NCBI GenBank assembly: GCA_017510065.1
Contig: JAFWOB010000115.1
Coordinates: 1-32,000 of the forward strand
Reading direction: 5' to 3'
DNA: 32,000 nt
Source: Parasporobacterium sp.
GTDB lineage: Bacteria; Bacillota; Clostridia; Lachnospirales; Lachnospiraceae
The first letter of the stretch is position 1. Each line of letters begins with the position of its first letter. The notes beneath the pieces were generated by a model, which was not told where the DNA came from, ran no database searches, and was given only the letters and a program-made list of their open reading frames with translations. Below are positions 8,433-16,621 of this stretch, piece after piece. The position numbers and the translations under genes are program-made.

Positions 8433-9350
8433 GTGATGGAGATAAAGAATCTGATCGATCCCGCCAGGAAGATCGTCGTGATCGGAACGGTATTTATGGA
8501 TATCAAGGGCTATCCGGAAGGGGCGTTCAATCCTGTCGGCCGGAACGTGGGAAGGATTGAATATAAGTATGGAGGCGTTGCCAGAAATGTAGCAGATGAT
8601 CTGGCAGGACTGGGGATCAGGCCTTTCTTTGTCAGCATGATCGATGAAGACGGACCCGGGGGAGCCATCCTGGATCATCTAGTTGAAGCCGGCGTGAACT
8701 CGGAATATGTCCTGCGAAGGCCTGACTGCATCGGTACCTGGATGGTGATCCTCAATCCACAGGGAGATGTCTGTGCGAACCTGTCCCGGAGACAGGATCT
8801 GCTTCCGCTTCACGAAGTACTGGAATGCAAGGGAGATGAGATCTTTCAAAATGCAGACGGCGTGCTGCTGGAGATGGATGTGGAAGAGCGGATCGTAGAA
8901 GATGTCTTTCATCTGGCGCAGAAGCATCATACCAGGGTATATGGGGTGATCTCCAACATCAACATTGCTTTGGAGAGGATGCCGTATATCCGGCGGACGG
9001 GCTGTGTTATCTGCAACCGGCAGGAAGCGGGCGTCATGTTCGGGCATGACACCGGGGATCTGTCAGCTCCCGAACTGCTGCAGCTTCTTAAGAAAGGCAT
9101 GACTGAAACCGGAATCCAGGCAATGGTGATTACCATGGATAAAGACGGGGCTGTTTATGCCGGTTACGGGGAAGGAGGGCACTGTAAAGCCGAGCAGGTG
9201 ACGGTGGTGGATTCCACCGGTGCCGGAGATGCATTTTTCGCGGGAGTATGCGCCGGACTGATCAGCAATGTCCCGCTTTCACAGGCCTGCCGTATTGGAA
9301 CGGGAATGGCCGCTAAAGTGATCCAGTCCCGGGAAAACGTATATCGGTGA
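8433..9350 (+). CDS. PfkB-family carbohydrate/nucleoside kinase (ribokinase fold)
   Basis: It carries the C-terminal PfkB signature DSTGAGDAFFAGV and an N-terminal glycine-rich VVIGTVFMDIKG. The start is either GTG 8433 or ATG 8436. The substrate cannot be told from the sequence. Confidence 0.85.
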   Translation: MMEIKNLIDPARKIVVIGTVFMDIKGYPEGAFNPVGRNVGRIEYKYGGVARNVADDLAGLGIRPFFVSMIDEDGPGGAILDHLVEAGVNSEYVLRRPDCIGTWMVILNPQGDVCANLSRRQDLLPLHEVLECKGDEIFQNADGVLLEMDVEERIVEDVFHLAQKHHTRVYGVISNINIALERMPYIRRTGCVICNRQEAGVMFGHDTGDLSAPELLQLLKKGMTETGIQAMVITMDKDGAVYAGYGEGGHCKAEQVTVVDSTGAGDAFFAGVCAGLISNVPLSQACRIGTGMAAKVIQSRENVYR

Positions 9351-9385
9351 CGTCTTTAGGCCCCGCAGATGATCCGGTGCAACGG

Positions 9386-9541
9386 GTTTTCATGCGTTTT
9401 TGAAGAAATTGAAATTCTGCATGATAATTTGGCGGCCGTTTTCATGCGTTTTTGAAGAAAATGCAATTTTACATGATAAATCGGCGGTCGTTTTCATGCG
9501 TTTTTGAAGAAATTCAAATTTTGCATGAAAAATCCAGGAAA
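9386..9541. repeat. Three tandem 52-bp direct repeats (left part of a longer phased motif array)
   Basis: Units start at 9386, 9438 and 9490. All three begin gttttcatgcgtttttgaagaaa. By my count units 1 and 2 share 45 of 52 positions. Unit 3 diverges in its last ~13 nt. Confidence 0.9.
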
Positions 9542-9660
9542 TTATTCATGTAAAAATAACATTTTTGAAAAAACGCATGAAAATACGAAGAAAAATATCA
9601 TGCGAAATCTAAGAAATTTAAAAAATGCATGAAACGCATGATAAATAACGAATGCGAAAT

Positions 9661-9698
9661 AAAAAATACAGATCCCGCAGGAGTTATCCTGCGGGATC
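9661..9698 (-). terminator. Rho-independent terminator of the minus-strand NYN operon
   Basis: 11-bp GC-rich stem gatcccgcagg (9671-9681) / cctgcgggatc (9688-9698). On the minus strand it is followed by tgtatttttt. Confidence 0.8.
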
Positions 9699-9705
9699 TT
9701 CCGTC

Positions 9706-9879
9706 TTACATCTGATGTTTTACCGTGTCGTATTCATCTCCGTTCTTCCAGAAAGGGCATTCCCGGTAGCGGCCGGAGATTAAGCGCGCCATGTCGTCCT
9801 CATCCATATCGACATCGCAGAAGTATTCTTCAAATTCTTCATCATACACATAGTATGCACAGGATTCACAAAGGTTCAT
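9706..9879 (-). CDS. 57-aa acidic Cys4 mini-protein (putative zinc-binding; not in the ORF track)
   Basis: Hand translation gives MNLCESCAYYVYDEEFEEYFCDVDMDEDDMARLISGRYRECPFWKNGDEYDTVKHQM*. It has a CxxC pair plus two further Cys. Its ATG overlaps the upstream gene's TGA (ATGA at 9876-9879), and the terminator follows directly. I recall similar short clostridial DUF proteins, but this is unverified. Confidence 0.65.
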   Translation of the reverse strand: MNLCESCAYYVYDEEFEEYFCDVDMDEDDMARLISGRYRECPFWKNGDEYDTVKHQM

Positions 9880-11159
9880 GACTGGAAATCCATAAAGATC
9901 TCTTTGATCTGTTTATATACTTCGCCGCCTTTGCTGCTGCCGAAGGTCTTTACCAGAAGATTGTTCAGGGCCAGTTTGTCGTAGCTGTTCAGGATCGCTT
10001 TGTAAATGGAAGCATAGTAGGCGGAAGGAATGTTTCTGCCTTTCAGTGCGGTGCGGACTCTCTTACGGAAGGATTCCGGAAGGGTTTCCACTTTTTCGGG
10101 GGCGGGTTCAGCTGTTTCTTCCGCAGCGGTAACTGCAGGTTCTGTCGCAGCTGTTTCGGGCTGTGGGGCAGTCTCCGGTTCCGGTGCTGCGATATCCTGT
10201 GAAGCAGAAGTTTCTTCTTTGATCTCATCGGATTTTTTCGAACTGCTTCGTCTGGACTTGCTCTGACGGCTGGAGCGTGTACTTGATGCTTTAGCTGTCA
10301 CTTCCTCTGCGGAAGATCCGTTTTCGCCTTCCGACTCTTTCTGCTCAGAGCTGTCTGCAGCTGTCGGGGTATCCGAAACAGCTTCTTCTTTCTGGACAGG
10401 CGCTTCTTCAGCAGGTTTTTCAGAGGCTTTCGAAGAACGGCTCTTTTTCTTCTTTCCGGAAGAACTGTTTTTCGGGGCAGGAGCCACAGGCTCTGCAGCA
10501 GCTACAATTTCTGTCGGCGCATCGATTTCTGCGGGAATGTCGATTTCTTCGAAATTGTCAGCCTCTGATGTAAGGATCACTTCTTCAGAGAAAACCTCTT
10601 CAGCAGGAGTATCTGCCGTTTCCGGAAGAACAGTCTCTTCCTCCGGAAGGGTTCCCTGCACTTCTTTAGACGCAGAACTGACATCCAGCTTGTATAAGGA
10701 CTGTACATCCGGGTTGGTGATCACATTTCCCTGCTTGAACGTTACCAGGGCAGGGGGCGTATTGTGAGTTGGATTCTGGCCGGTGGATTTTCCGAGATTG
10801 CGGTTGAATCCGATTGAAGGCTGGCGGATGATCGTTACGCCATGATCCTTCCAGTAATCGATCGCACTGTCGTACCCGGTGTCTTTGCTGATGATATAGA
10901 ACGGGCCTTCAAACCCGGCGCCGATGATATATCCCAGATGAGTGCAAAGCTGAAAGTCCAGATAGTTTTTGGCCGCGCGGCGTAACTTGATGTATTTGAC
11001 TTTTGCGGCGGTTTTCATGATATTGACGTGAGTTTCGAAAGACATATGCTCCGATTTGACACTGTAAAAGATACAGAGCTCGTCATTTTCCGAGAGCGTC
11101 GTCACACCGGAAATCCCGGAATCGTGAACATTCTCGAAGTCCAGTAAGTAAATAGCCAT
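9876..11159 (-). CDS. NYN (LabA-like) domain protein with a long acidic/Ser-rich disordered linker and a small helical C-terminal domain
   Basis: The N-terminal ~130 aa carry NYN-type Asp motifs (IYLLDFENV; NYLDFQL; FYIISKDTGYDSAIDYW..HGV). About 230 aa of E/S/A/P/K-rich low-complexity sequence follows, then a ~70-aa helical tail. The start is at the ATG at 11159, with AAAGGAGG 7 nt upstream. The 11216 start has no RBS. Confidence 0.75.
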   Translation of the reverse strand: MAIYLLDFENVHDSGISGVTTLSENDELCIFYSVKSEHMSFETHVNIMKTAAKVKYIKLRRAAKNYLDFQLCTHLGYIIGAGFEGPFYIISKDTGYDSAIDYWKDHGVTIIRQPSIGFNRNLGKSTGQNPTHNTPPALVTFKQGNVITNPDVQSLYKLDVSSASKEVQGTLPEEETVLPETADTPAEEVFSEEVILTSEADNFEEIDIPAEIDAPTEIVAAAEPVAPAPKNSSSGKKKKSRSSKASEKPAEEAPVQKEEAVSDTPTAADSSEQKESEGENGSSAEEVTAKASSTRSSRQSKSRRSSSKKSDEIKEETSASQDIAAPEPETAPQPETAATEPAVTAAEETAEPAPEKVETLPESFRKRVRTALKGRNIPSAYYASIYKAILNSYDKLALNNLLVKTFGSSKGGEVYKQIKEIFMDFQS

Positions 11160-11758
11160 AGTCGGGCCTCCTTTTGTATACAAATAACAGACCGTGCATA
11201 TAGCAAAAATACTCATCTACAATGAGATCCGGAAAATGATATTCAAAAGAAAGAAAACAGGCAAGGACAGGCTCTGATGCTGTTAAATGCGGGTACCTTA
11301 TGTTTCCCGATGCGTCTTCAGACTGCACAGAATGGAACATAGTACGGTTTGGAACACCTGGGCAGACATGTTTTGCAAAAGGAGGTAAGGAAAACCTGGT
11401 ATGGTCTTTGCGTCAGCCCGTCATGCAAAAGATGAAATACGACAAAGAAGATGCTCTTTGTAATACATTTTCTGCAGCAGAAAGACGAAAGAAGATGATC
11501 CATACAGGGTTCTGATCGATCCTGTGCAAAGCGTGCAGGTCACGATGATCCGGGCCCTACATGTTTTCCGTATGCGCTCTTACGGCAGCTCCGAAAAACA
11601 GGGAACACAGCATTTACCGGAAAAGAATTTTCCTGGTCTTTGGGGTTTCTTTCGTGAATGATCATGAGCGGATATCATAAAATACATGAGAAATCCTGCT
11701 GAAAATGCATTCTGCTTGTTTCCACCTTAATACATCGCCGGATAAAATGTAAGAAAAT

Positions 11759-11787
11759 TTGACTTTGGAGGACTCTGACAGTATAGT
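11759..11787 (+). promoter_or_regulatory. Sigma70 promoter for the carboxypeptidase gene
   Basis: TTGACT (11759-11764), 17-nt spacer, TATAGT (11782-11787). Confidence 0.6.
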
Positions 11788-11823
11788 AGGAACTGAAAAA
11801 AATCCAGAAAGAAAAGAGAACAT

Positions 11824-13272
11824 ATGATGAAAAAAGTATTCTGTCTTCTGATCCTGATCTGTCTTCTGACTGGCGCAGCGGCACCTGTCTGCGTTTATGC
11901 CCATAAGGTGGATCTGGTCACTCTTCCGGTCAGTGTGGATGGCGGACCGGTAGTACAGCTGACAGCTTACGAATCCAATTATGCCAATAATTACTATATA
12001 TCACTGCGGAATCTGGCAATCCTTCTGACCGGAACAGTAAGCCAGTTCCGTTTTTACAATGATGAAGAGGGCTGTTATCATGTCGATACCGGACTTCCCT
12101 ATGATCCATCCCTGGAGCCCATGGACCGGCCGGAAGGCGCAGGTGAAGAGGAAGAGATTCCGAAGGAAAGGATGGTAAAGCGGGACCTGACGCCGACTCA
12201 GTCTACTTATATCGAAAACAGCACCTATTGGCTCCAAAAAAACGGAGAAGGCGCCATGTATTATACGTATGCGGATTACAGTATTGAAGATCTGTATATG
12301 AGCCTTCTTGACGTGCAGATGATGCTGGATCTGAACATCATCTATGAGAATGGCGTATACAATATCATTACGGATAAACATTTTCACATGGACCTGGACC
12401 GTCTGAACGAACAGGGGTATTTTGACTATTTGCACGGAACTGTGTTGGGAGACGCCACTACGGGCGAGATTTTCATGGAGTGTAAAGGTGATCTGTCGGT
12501 TCCGATCGCAAGTACGACCAAACTGATGACAGCATTTATCGCAGAACGGATGATCGAACTGGGAAAGATTACTCTTGACGATCCCGTAACGATCTCTGCC
12601 AATGCGGCGAGGGTATCCCTGGCGGATGATTCTGTTGTGGGCATGTATGAAGGAGAGGTCACAACGGTCCGGGATCTCATGTATGCCATGCTGGTAGCTT
12701 CCAGCAATGAATCCGCCCTGGCACTTGCGGAATACATTGCCGGATCTCAGGAAGAGTTTGTGGAGATGATGAATGCCATGGCGTTTAAACTGGGCATGGA
12801 TTCTGCTGTGTTTTATAATCCTCACGGACTTCCGGAATATCTGAAGGGAGATGCGGTAGTCATGGTGGAAAACCATGCCAGCGCAAAGGATATGTTCAAA
12901 CTGGCCACCGCCCTGATGCGTAAATATCCCGAGATCACAGAATTTACCTCTGCCGACGTGGTCTGGCTGGAAAGTTTATGGGCAGAATTGTATGCCACCA
13001 ATTCCCTGATGATCAATATGCCTGATGTCTATGGCCTTAAGACCGGGACGACTGATGCGGCAGGGAAATGCCTGATTTCCTCCCGTACGGTCAATGTAAA
13101 CGGCCAGGATCATGTGATCATTGCCGTTGTTCTTGGGGCGGAATTCAACAGCGACAGATTCCAGGTATCGGAACTGCTGCAGAAAGGGGCAGCTTTCTAT
13201 CTGTATCCGGAAACGGAAGAAACGGAAGAAACAGGAGAAGCGGAGCAGGAAAGCGAGACACCTGCAGCATAG
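11824..13272 (+). CDS. D-alanyl-D-alanine carboxypeptidase (serine peptidase S11, low-MW PBP) with N-terminal stalk-like domains
   Basis: It has a signal peptide (MMKKVFCLLILICLLTG). The active-site triad motifs are ASTTK (SxxK), SSNE (SxN) and KTGTT (KTG). The N-terminal ~200 aa resemble copper-amine-oxidase-N-like repeats. The C-terminal tail is acidic, with TEE repeats. Confidence 0.88.
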   Translation: MMKKVFCLLILICLLTGAAAPVCVYAHKVDLVTLPVSVDGGPVVQLTAYESNYANNYYISLRNLAILLTGTVSQFRFYNDEEGCYHVDTGLPYDPSLEPMDRPEGAGEEEEIPKERMVKRDLTPTQSTYIENSTYWLQKNGEGAMYYTYADYSIEDLYMSLLDVQMMLDLNIIYENGVYNIITDKHFHMDLDRLNEQGYFDYLHGTVLGDATTGEIFMECKGDLSVPIASTTKLMTAFIAERMIELGKITLDDPVTISANAARVSLADDSVVGMYEGEVTTVRDLMYAMLVASSNESALALAEYIAGSQEEFVEMMNAMAFKLGMDSAVFYNPHGLPEYLKGDAVVMVENHASAKDMFKLATALMRKYPEITEFTSADVVWLESLWAELYATNSLMINMPDVYGLKTGTTDAAGKCLISSRTVNVNGQDHVIIAVVLGAEFNSDRFQVSELLQKGAAFYLYPETEETEETGEAEQESETPAA

Positions 13273-13313
13273 GTGACTTAGGACACCAGGGAATACGCGT
13301 CTTCAAAATAGTT

Positions 13314-13370
13314 CAACTTTGGCAGCCTTTCGGGGCATTTTCAGATCATCTGATGCCAAAGTTGTTTTTT
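13314..13370 (+). terminator. Rho-independent terminator (second copy of the dispersed hairpin)
   Basis: 11-bp stem caactttggca (13314-13324) / tgccaaagttg (13354-13364), followed by tttttt (13365-13370). Confidence 0.7.
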
Positions 13371-13391
13371 GTGTGATCAGAAAAAAATATG

Positions 13392-13420
13392 TTGCAATAC
13401 ATTTAACTGTGTGTTATAGT
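13392..13420 (+). promoter_or_regulatory. Sigma70 promoter for clpB (extended -10)
   Basis: TTGCAA (13392-13397), 17-nt spacer, TGT-TATAGT (13412-13420). An imperfect dyad ctgtgtgt/acacatag brackets the -10 element. Confidence 0.6.
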
Positions 13421-13490
13421 ACACATAGAACAGATATAGCAGAAACTATGCTTACATGTTCGAATGATAATGATACAAGGTGGTGATCGT

Positions 13491-16076
13491 ATGAATATCA
13501 ATAAATTTACGAAGAATGCTATCGAAGCGATCAATAACTGCCAGAAACTGGCAAATGAATACGGCAACCCGCAGATCGACTGCGAGCATCTGCTGTATGC
13601 GCTGACGGAACTGGATGACAGCTTGCTCGTGAAACTGATCCGGAAGATGGAGATCGATCCGGAGGAATTCAAGGGCTCTGTGATGGCCCTGATCCAGAAG
13701 AAACCGAAAGTAAGGGGCGGACAGCAGAATATCAGTGTTGCACTGAACGATGTGCTGATCAATGCGGAAGATGAAGCCAAGGCGATGGGAGACGAATACA
13801 TCGCTGTGGAACATCTGGTTCTCTGCATGATGAAGAAGGGCAGCAGGGAAGTGAAGAACCTGTTCTCCCAGTTTGACATTACAAGGGAAAAGTTCCTACA
13901 GGCGCTGGCGCCTATACGGGGCAACCAGAAGATCACAACGGATAATCCGGAAGCAACCTATGAAGCCCTTGAGAAGTATGGACAGGACCTGGTGCAGAAG
14001 GCACGTGAACAGAAGCTGGATCCTGTAATCGGCAGGGACAGCGAGATCCGCAACGCGATCCGGATCCTTTCCAGAAAATCCAAGAACAACCCGGTGCTGA
14101 TCGGTGAACCGGGCGTCGGCAAGACGGCTGTGGTGGAAGGTCTGGCGCAGAGGATCGTAAAGGGGGATGTTCCCGAGGGCCTGAAGGATAAAACGATCTT
14201 CAGCCTGGATATGGGATCTTTAGTGGCAGGCGCTAAGTACAGAGGTGAGTTTGAGGAACGTCTGAAAGCAGTCCTGCAGGAAGTGAAGGAAAGCGAAGGA
14301 AGGATCATCCTCTTTATCGACGAGATCCACACGATCGTCGGTGCCGGCGCAGCGGAGGGCTCCATGGATGCCGGCAATATGTTAAAGCCCATGCTGGCAA
14401 GGGGTGAACTGCACTGCATCGGCGCTACGACGCTGGATGAATACCGCAAGTATATTGAGAAAGACAAAGCTCTGGAAAGAAGATTCCAGCCTGTTCTTGT
14501 AGAAGAACCTTCCGTGGAGGATACCATTTCTATCCTTCGTGGGATCAAGGAACGGTATGAGAATTATCATGGCGTCAAGATCACGGACTCGGCCCTGGTC
14601 AATGCTGCCGTGCTTTCGGACCGCTATATTTCCGACCGGTATCTGCCTGACAAGGCGATCGACCTTGTGGATGAAGCCTGTGCCATGATCAAGACCGAGA
14701 TGGATTCCATGCCGACGGAAGTAGACGAACTGAGACGCCGTGTGATGCAGCTGGAGATCGAAGAAACGGCACTGAAGAAAGAAACCGATAAATTAAGCAT
14801 GGAACGTCTTGCGGAGCTCCAGAAAGAGCTTGCGGAGTTAAGGGACGAATACAAGTCCAAGGTTGCCCAGTGGGAGAATGAAAAGACCGAGGTTGAGAAA
14901 GTATCCGCTCTGCGTGCCAGGATCGAAGAGATCAACAACGAGATCGAGATGGCCGAAAGAAACTACGACCTGGATAAGCTGAGCCAGTTGAAATACGGGG
15001 AACTCCCCCAGGCGGTAAGAGACCTGGAAGATGCCGAGGCAAAACTGTCGGGCGAGGATCTTTCCCTGGTACACCAGGCAGTAACAGACGAAGAGATCGC
15101 CAGGATCGTTTCCCGTTGGACCGGTATTCCGGTCGCCAAACTGAACGAAACAGAGCGTAACAAGATCCTGGGTCTGTCGGAGATCCTTCACAGGAGGGTC
15201 ATCGGTCAGAACGATGCTGTCACCAAGGTGGTGGACGCCATCTGGAGAAGCAAAGCAGGTATCAAAGAGCCGGGAAGACCGATCGGATCGTTCCTGTTCA
15301 TGGGACCTACCGGCGTGGGAAAGACCGAGCTGGCGAAAGCTCTGGCTGAGGCTTTGTTCGATGATGAAGGCAATATTGTCCGGATCGATATGTCCGAGTA
15401 TATGGAGAAACATTCCGTATCCCGTCTGATCGGAGCGCCTCCGGGATATGTAGGGTATGACGAAGGAGGGCAGCTGACAGAAGCCGTTCGGAGAAGACCG
15501 TATTCCGTTGTCCTGTTTGATGAAGTGGAGAAAGCCCATCCGGATGTTTTCAATGTCATGCTGCAGGTGCTGGATGACGGCCGCATAACCGATTCCCAGG
15601 GAAGGACGGTGGATTTCAAGAATACGATCATTATCCTGACATCCAACATAGGATCGCAGTTCCTGCTGGAGGGGATCGATGACAACGGGGAGATCAAACC
15701 GGAGGCTTCGGAACTGGTTATGGAGCAGCTGCGGCGGAGCTTCCGTCCGGAATTCCTGAACCGTTTGGATGAGATCATCATGTTCAAGCCTTTAACGAAA
15801 GATGATATTTCCAGGATCATAAGTCTGCAGATCAGTGAGATCAACAAACTGCTGGCTGAAAAGGAACTCAGGATCGAACTGACAGAAGAAGCAAAGAACC
15901 TGGTGGCAGACAGAAGCTATGATCCGGCTTATGGCGCAAGACCTCTCAAGAGGTTCCTGCAGAAATATGTGACTACACTGGCAGCCCGCATCATACTTGA
16001 AGGCAATATAAAGCCCGATGATGTGATCGAAATCTATGTGGATGAAAGAAAAGAACTGGCAGCCCGTGTGAAATAA
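13491..16076 (+). CDS. clpB: ATP-dependent chaperone/disaggregase ClpB
   Basis: It has a Clp N-domain and two AAA+ modules (GEPGVGKT and GPTGVGKT Walker A motifs). A long coiled-coil middle domain separates them, and a C-terminal ARPLKR motif is present. The start is at ATG 13491 (MNINKFT...), preceded by AAGGTGGTGA. Confidence 0.95.
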   Translation: MNINKFTKNAIEAINNCQKLANEYGNPQIDCEHLLYALTELDDSLLVKLIRKMEIDPEEFKGSVMALIQKKPKVRGGQQNISVALNDVLINAEDEAKAMGDEYIAVEHLVLCMMKKGSREVKNLFSQFDITREKFLQALAPIRGNQKITTDNPEATYEALEKYGQDLVQKAREQKLDPVIGRDSEIRNAIRILSRKSKNNPVLIGEPGVGKTAVVEGLAQRIVKGDVPEGLKDKTIFSLDMGSLVAGAKYRGEFEERLKAVLQEVKESEGRIILFIDEIHTIVGAGAAEGSMDAGNMLKPMLARGELHCIGATTLDEYRKYIEKDKALERRFQPVLVEEPSVEDTISILRGIKERYENYHGVKITDSALVNAAVLSDRYISDRYLPDKAIDLVDEACAMIKTEMDSMPTEVDELRRRVMQLEIEETALKKETDKLSMERLAELQKELAELRDEYKSKVAQWENEKTEVEKVSALRARIEEINNEIEMAERNYDLDKLSQLKYGELPQAVRDLEDAEAKLSGEDLSLVHQAVTDEEIARIVSRWTGIPVAKLNETERNKILGLSEILHRRVIGQNDAVTKVVDAIWRSKAGIKEPGRPIGSFLFMGPTGVGKTELAKALAEALFDDEGNIVRIDMSEYMEKHSVSRLIGAPPGYVGYDEGGQLTEAVRRRPYSVVLFDEVEKAHPDVFNVMLQVLDDGRITDSQGRTVDFKNTIIILTSNIGSQFLLEGIDDNGEIKPEASELVMEQLRRSFRPEFLNRLDEIIMFKPLTKDDISRIISLQISEINKLLAEKELRIELTEEAKNLVADRSYDPAYGARPLKRFLQKYVTTLAARIILEGNIKPDDVIEIYVDERKELAARVK

Positions 16077-16106
16077 GTAAGGATGATCCATCTTATCATT
16101 ATCAGA

Positions 16107-16149
16107 GGGGGACGCTGTATGGAGAACATGCGGCGTTCCCCGATTTTAT
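16107..16149 (+). terminator. Probable terminator after clpB
   Basis: Stem ggggacgc / gcgttcccc with a one-base bulge, followed by gattttat. It lies between convergent genes. Confidence 0.45.
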
Positions 16150-16160
16150 GATGAAATGGG

Positions 16161-16559
16161 TCAGCTGATATGGCTTTTTTTAACAGTGGTATAGATAAAG
16201 AAGGCCGGGATCAGGATACCGATTCCAAACTGTACCAGAAGATACCCGATGATGATGCCGTTGAAAAACGACAGGATAACAGACAGAAGACAGAAAATAA
16301 TGGCGATTGCCGGGAGACGGATGACGATGGGGGAATTGATGCGTTTGCTGGAACTTCTGACACCGCCGATCCCTGATATGATGTCCATGATAAAACCGAC
16401 ACAGGCACAGGCAGCGCAGATAAACGTGAGACCCGGAGAGGCGCCGGGAGATCCGTATCGTTCCAGTACAATAAGGACCTGTTCGGCGATGCCTCCTGCT
16501 CCCGCCAGTATCATCAGGATGCTGAAAACAGTGAAAATGACACTTCTGGCAGTTCCCAT
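16161..16559 (-). CDS. Small integral membrane protein (about 4 TM helices), unknown function
   Basis: Hydrophobic 132-aa product starting at MGTARSVIF..., with AAGAGG 5 nt upstream. The longer 182-aa version in the ORF track has no RBS. Confidence 0.6.
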   Translation of the reverse strand: MGTARSVIFTVFSILMILAGAGGIAEQVLIVLERYGSPGASPGLTFICAACACVGFIMDIISGIGGVRSSSKRINSPIVIRLPAIAIIFCLLSVILSFFNGIIIGYLLVQFGIGILIPAFFIYTTVKKSHIS

Positions 16560-16621
16560 AAAAACCTCTTTAAAAAAAATGTTAAATCTATTATAGTAAA
16601 TGAGATATACTATGTAAAGAT

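Noticed and set aside
8292-8678. 128-aa minus-strand ORF upstream of and overlapping the PfkB gene.
   Set aside because: It overlaps the PfkB N-terminus in antisense. It has no RBS, and its sequence looks like no known family.
9392-9403. Mini-ORF ATG CGT TTT TGA (M-R-F-stop), repeated once per 52-bp unit, as a possible leader peptide.
   Set aside because: It has no RBS and lies downstream of a gene end rather than upstream of a regulated gene. It is more simply a by-product of the CATGCG motif.
9386-9541. The tandem repeats as a possible CRISPR array.
   Set aside because: The 52-bp units abut directly with no unique spacers. There are only three copies, they are AT-rich and non-palindromic in the CRISPR sense, and no cas genes lie nearby.
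11300-11515. 71-aa + strand ORF in the long intergenic gap.
   Set aside because: It has no SD at a sensible distance, no recognisable similarity and a composition atypical of the neighbouring genes. It is kept only as part of the unexplained-gap finding.
12001-12876. 291-aa minus-strand ORF, and similar antisense ORFs elsewhere (901-1533, 5008-5613, 13403-13936, 14838-15539, 15206-15847, 23394-24119, 24207-25022, 26587-27198).
   Set aside because: All are antisense or out of frame to genes with clear family signatures. None has an RBS or a recognisable motif.
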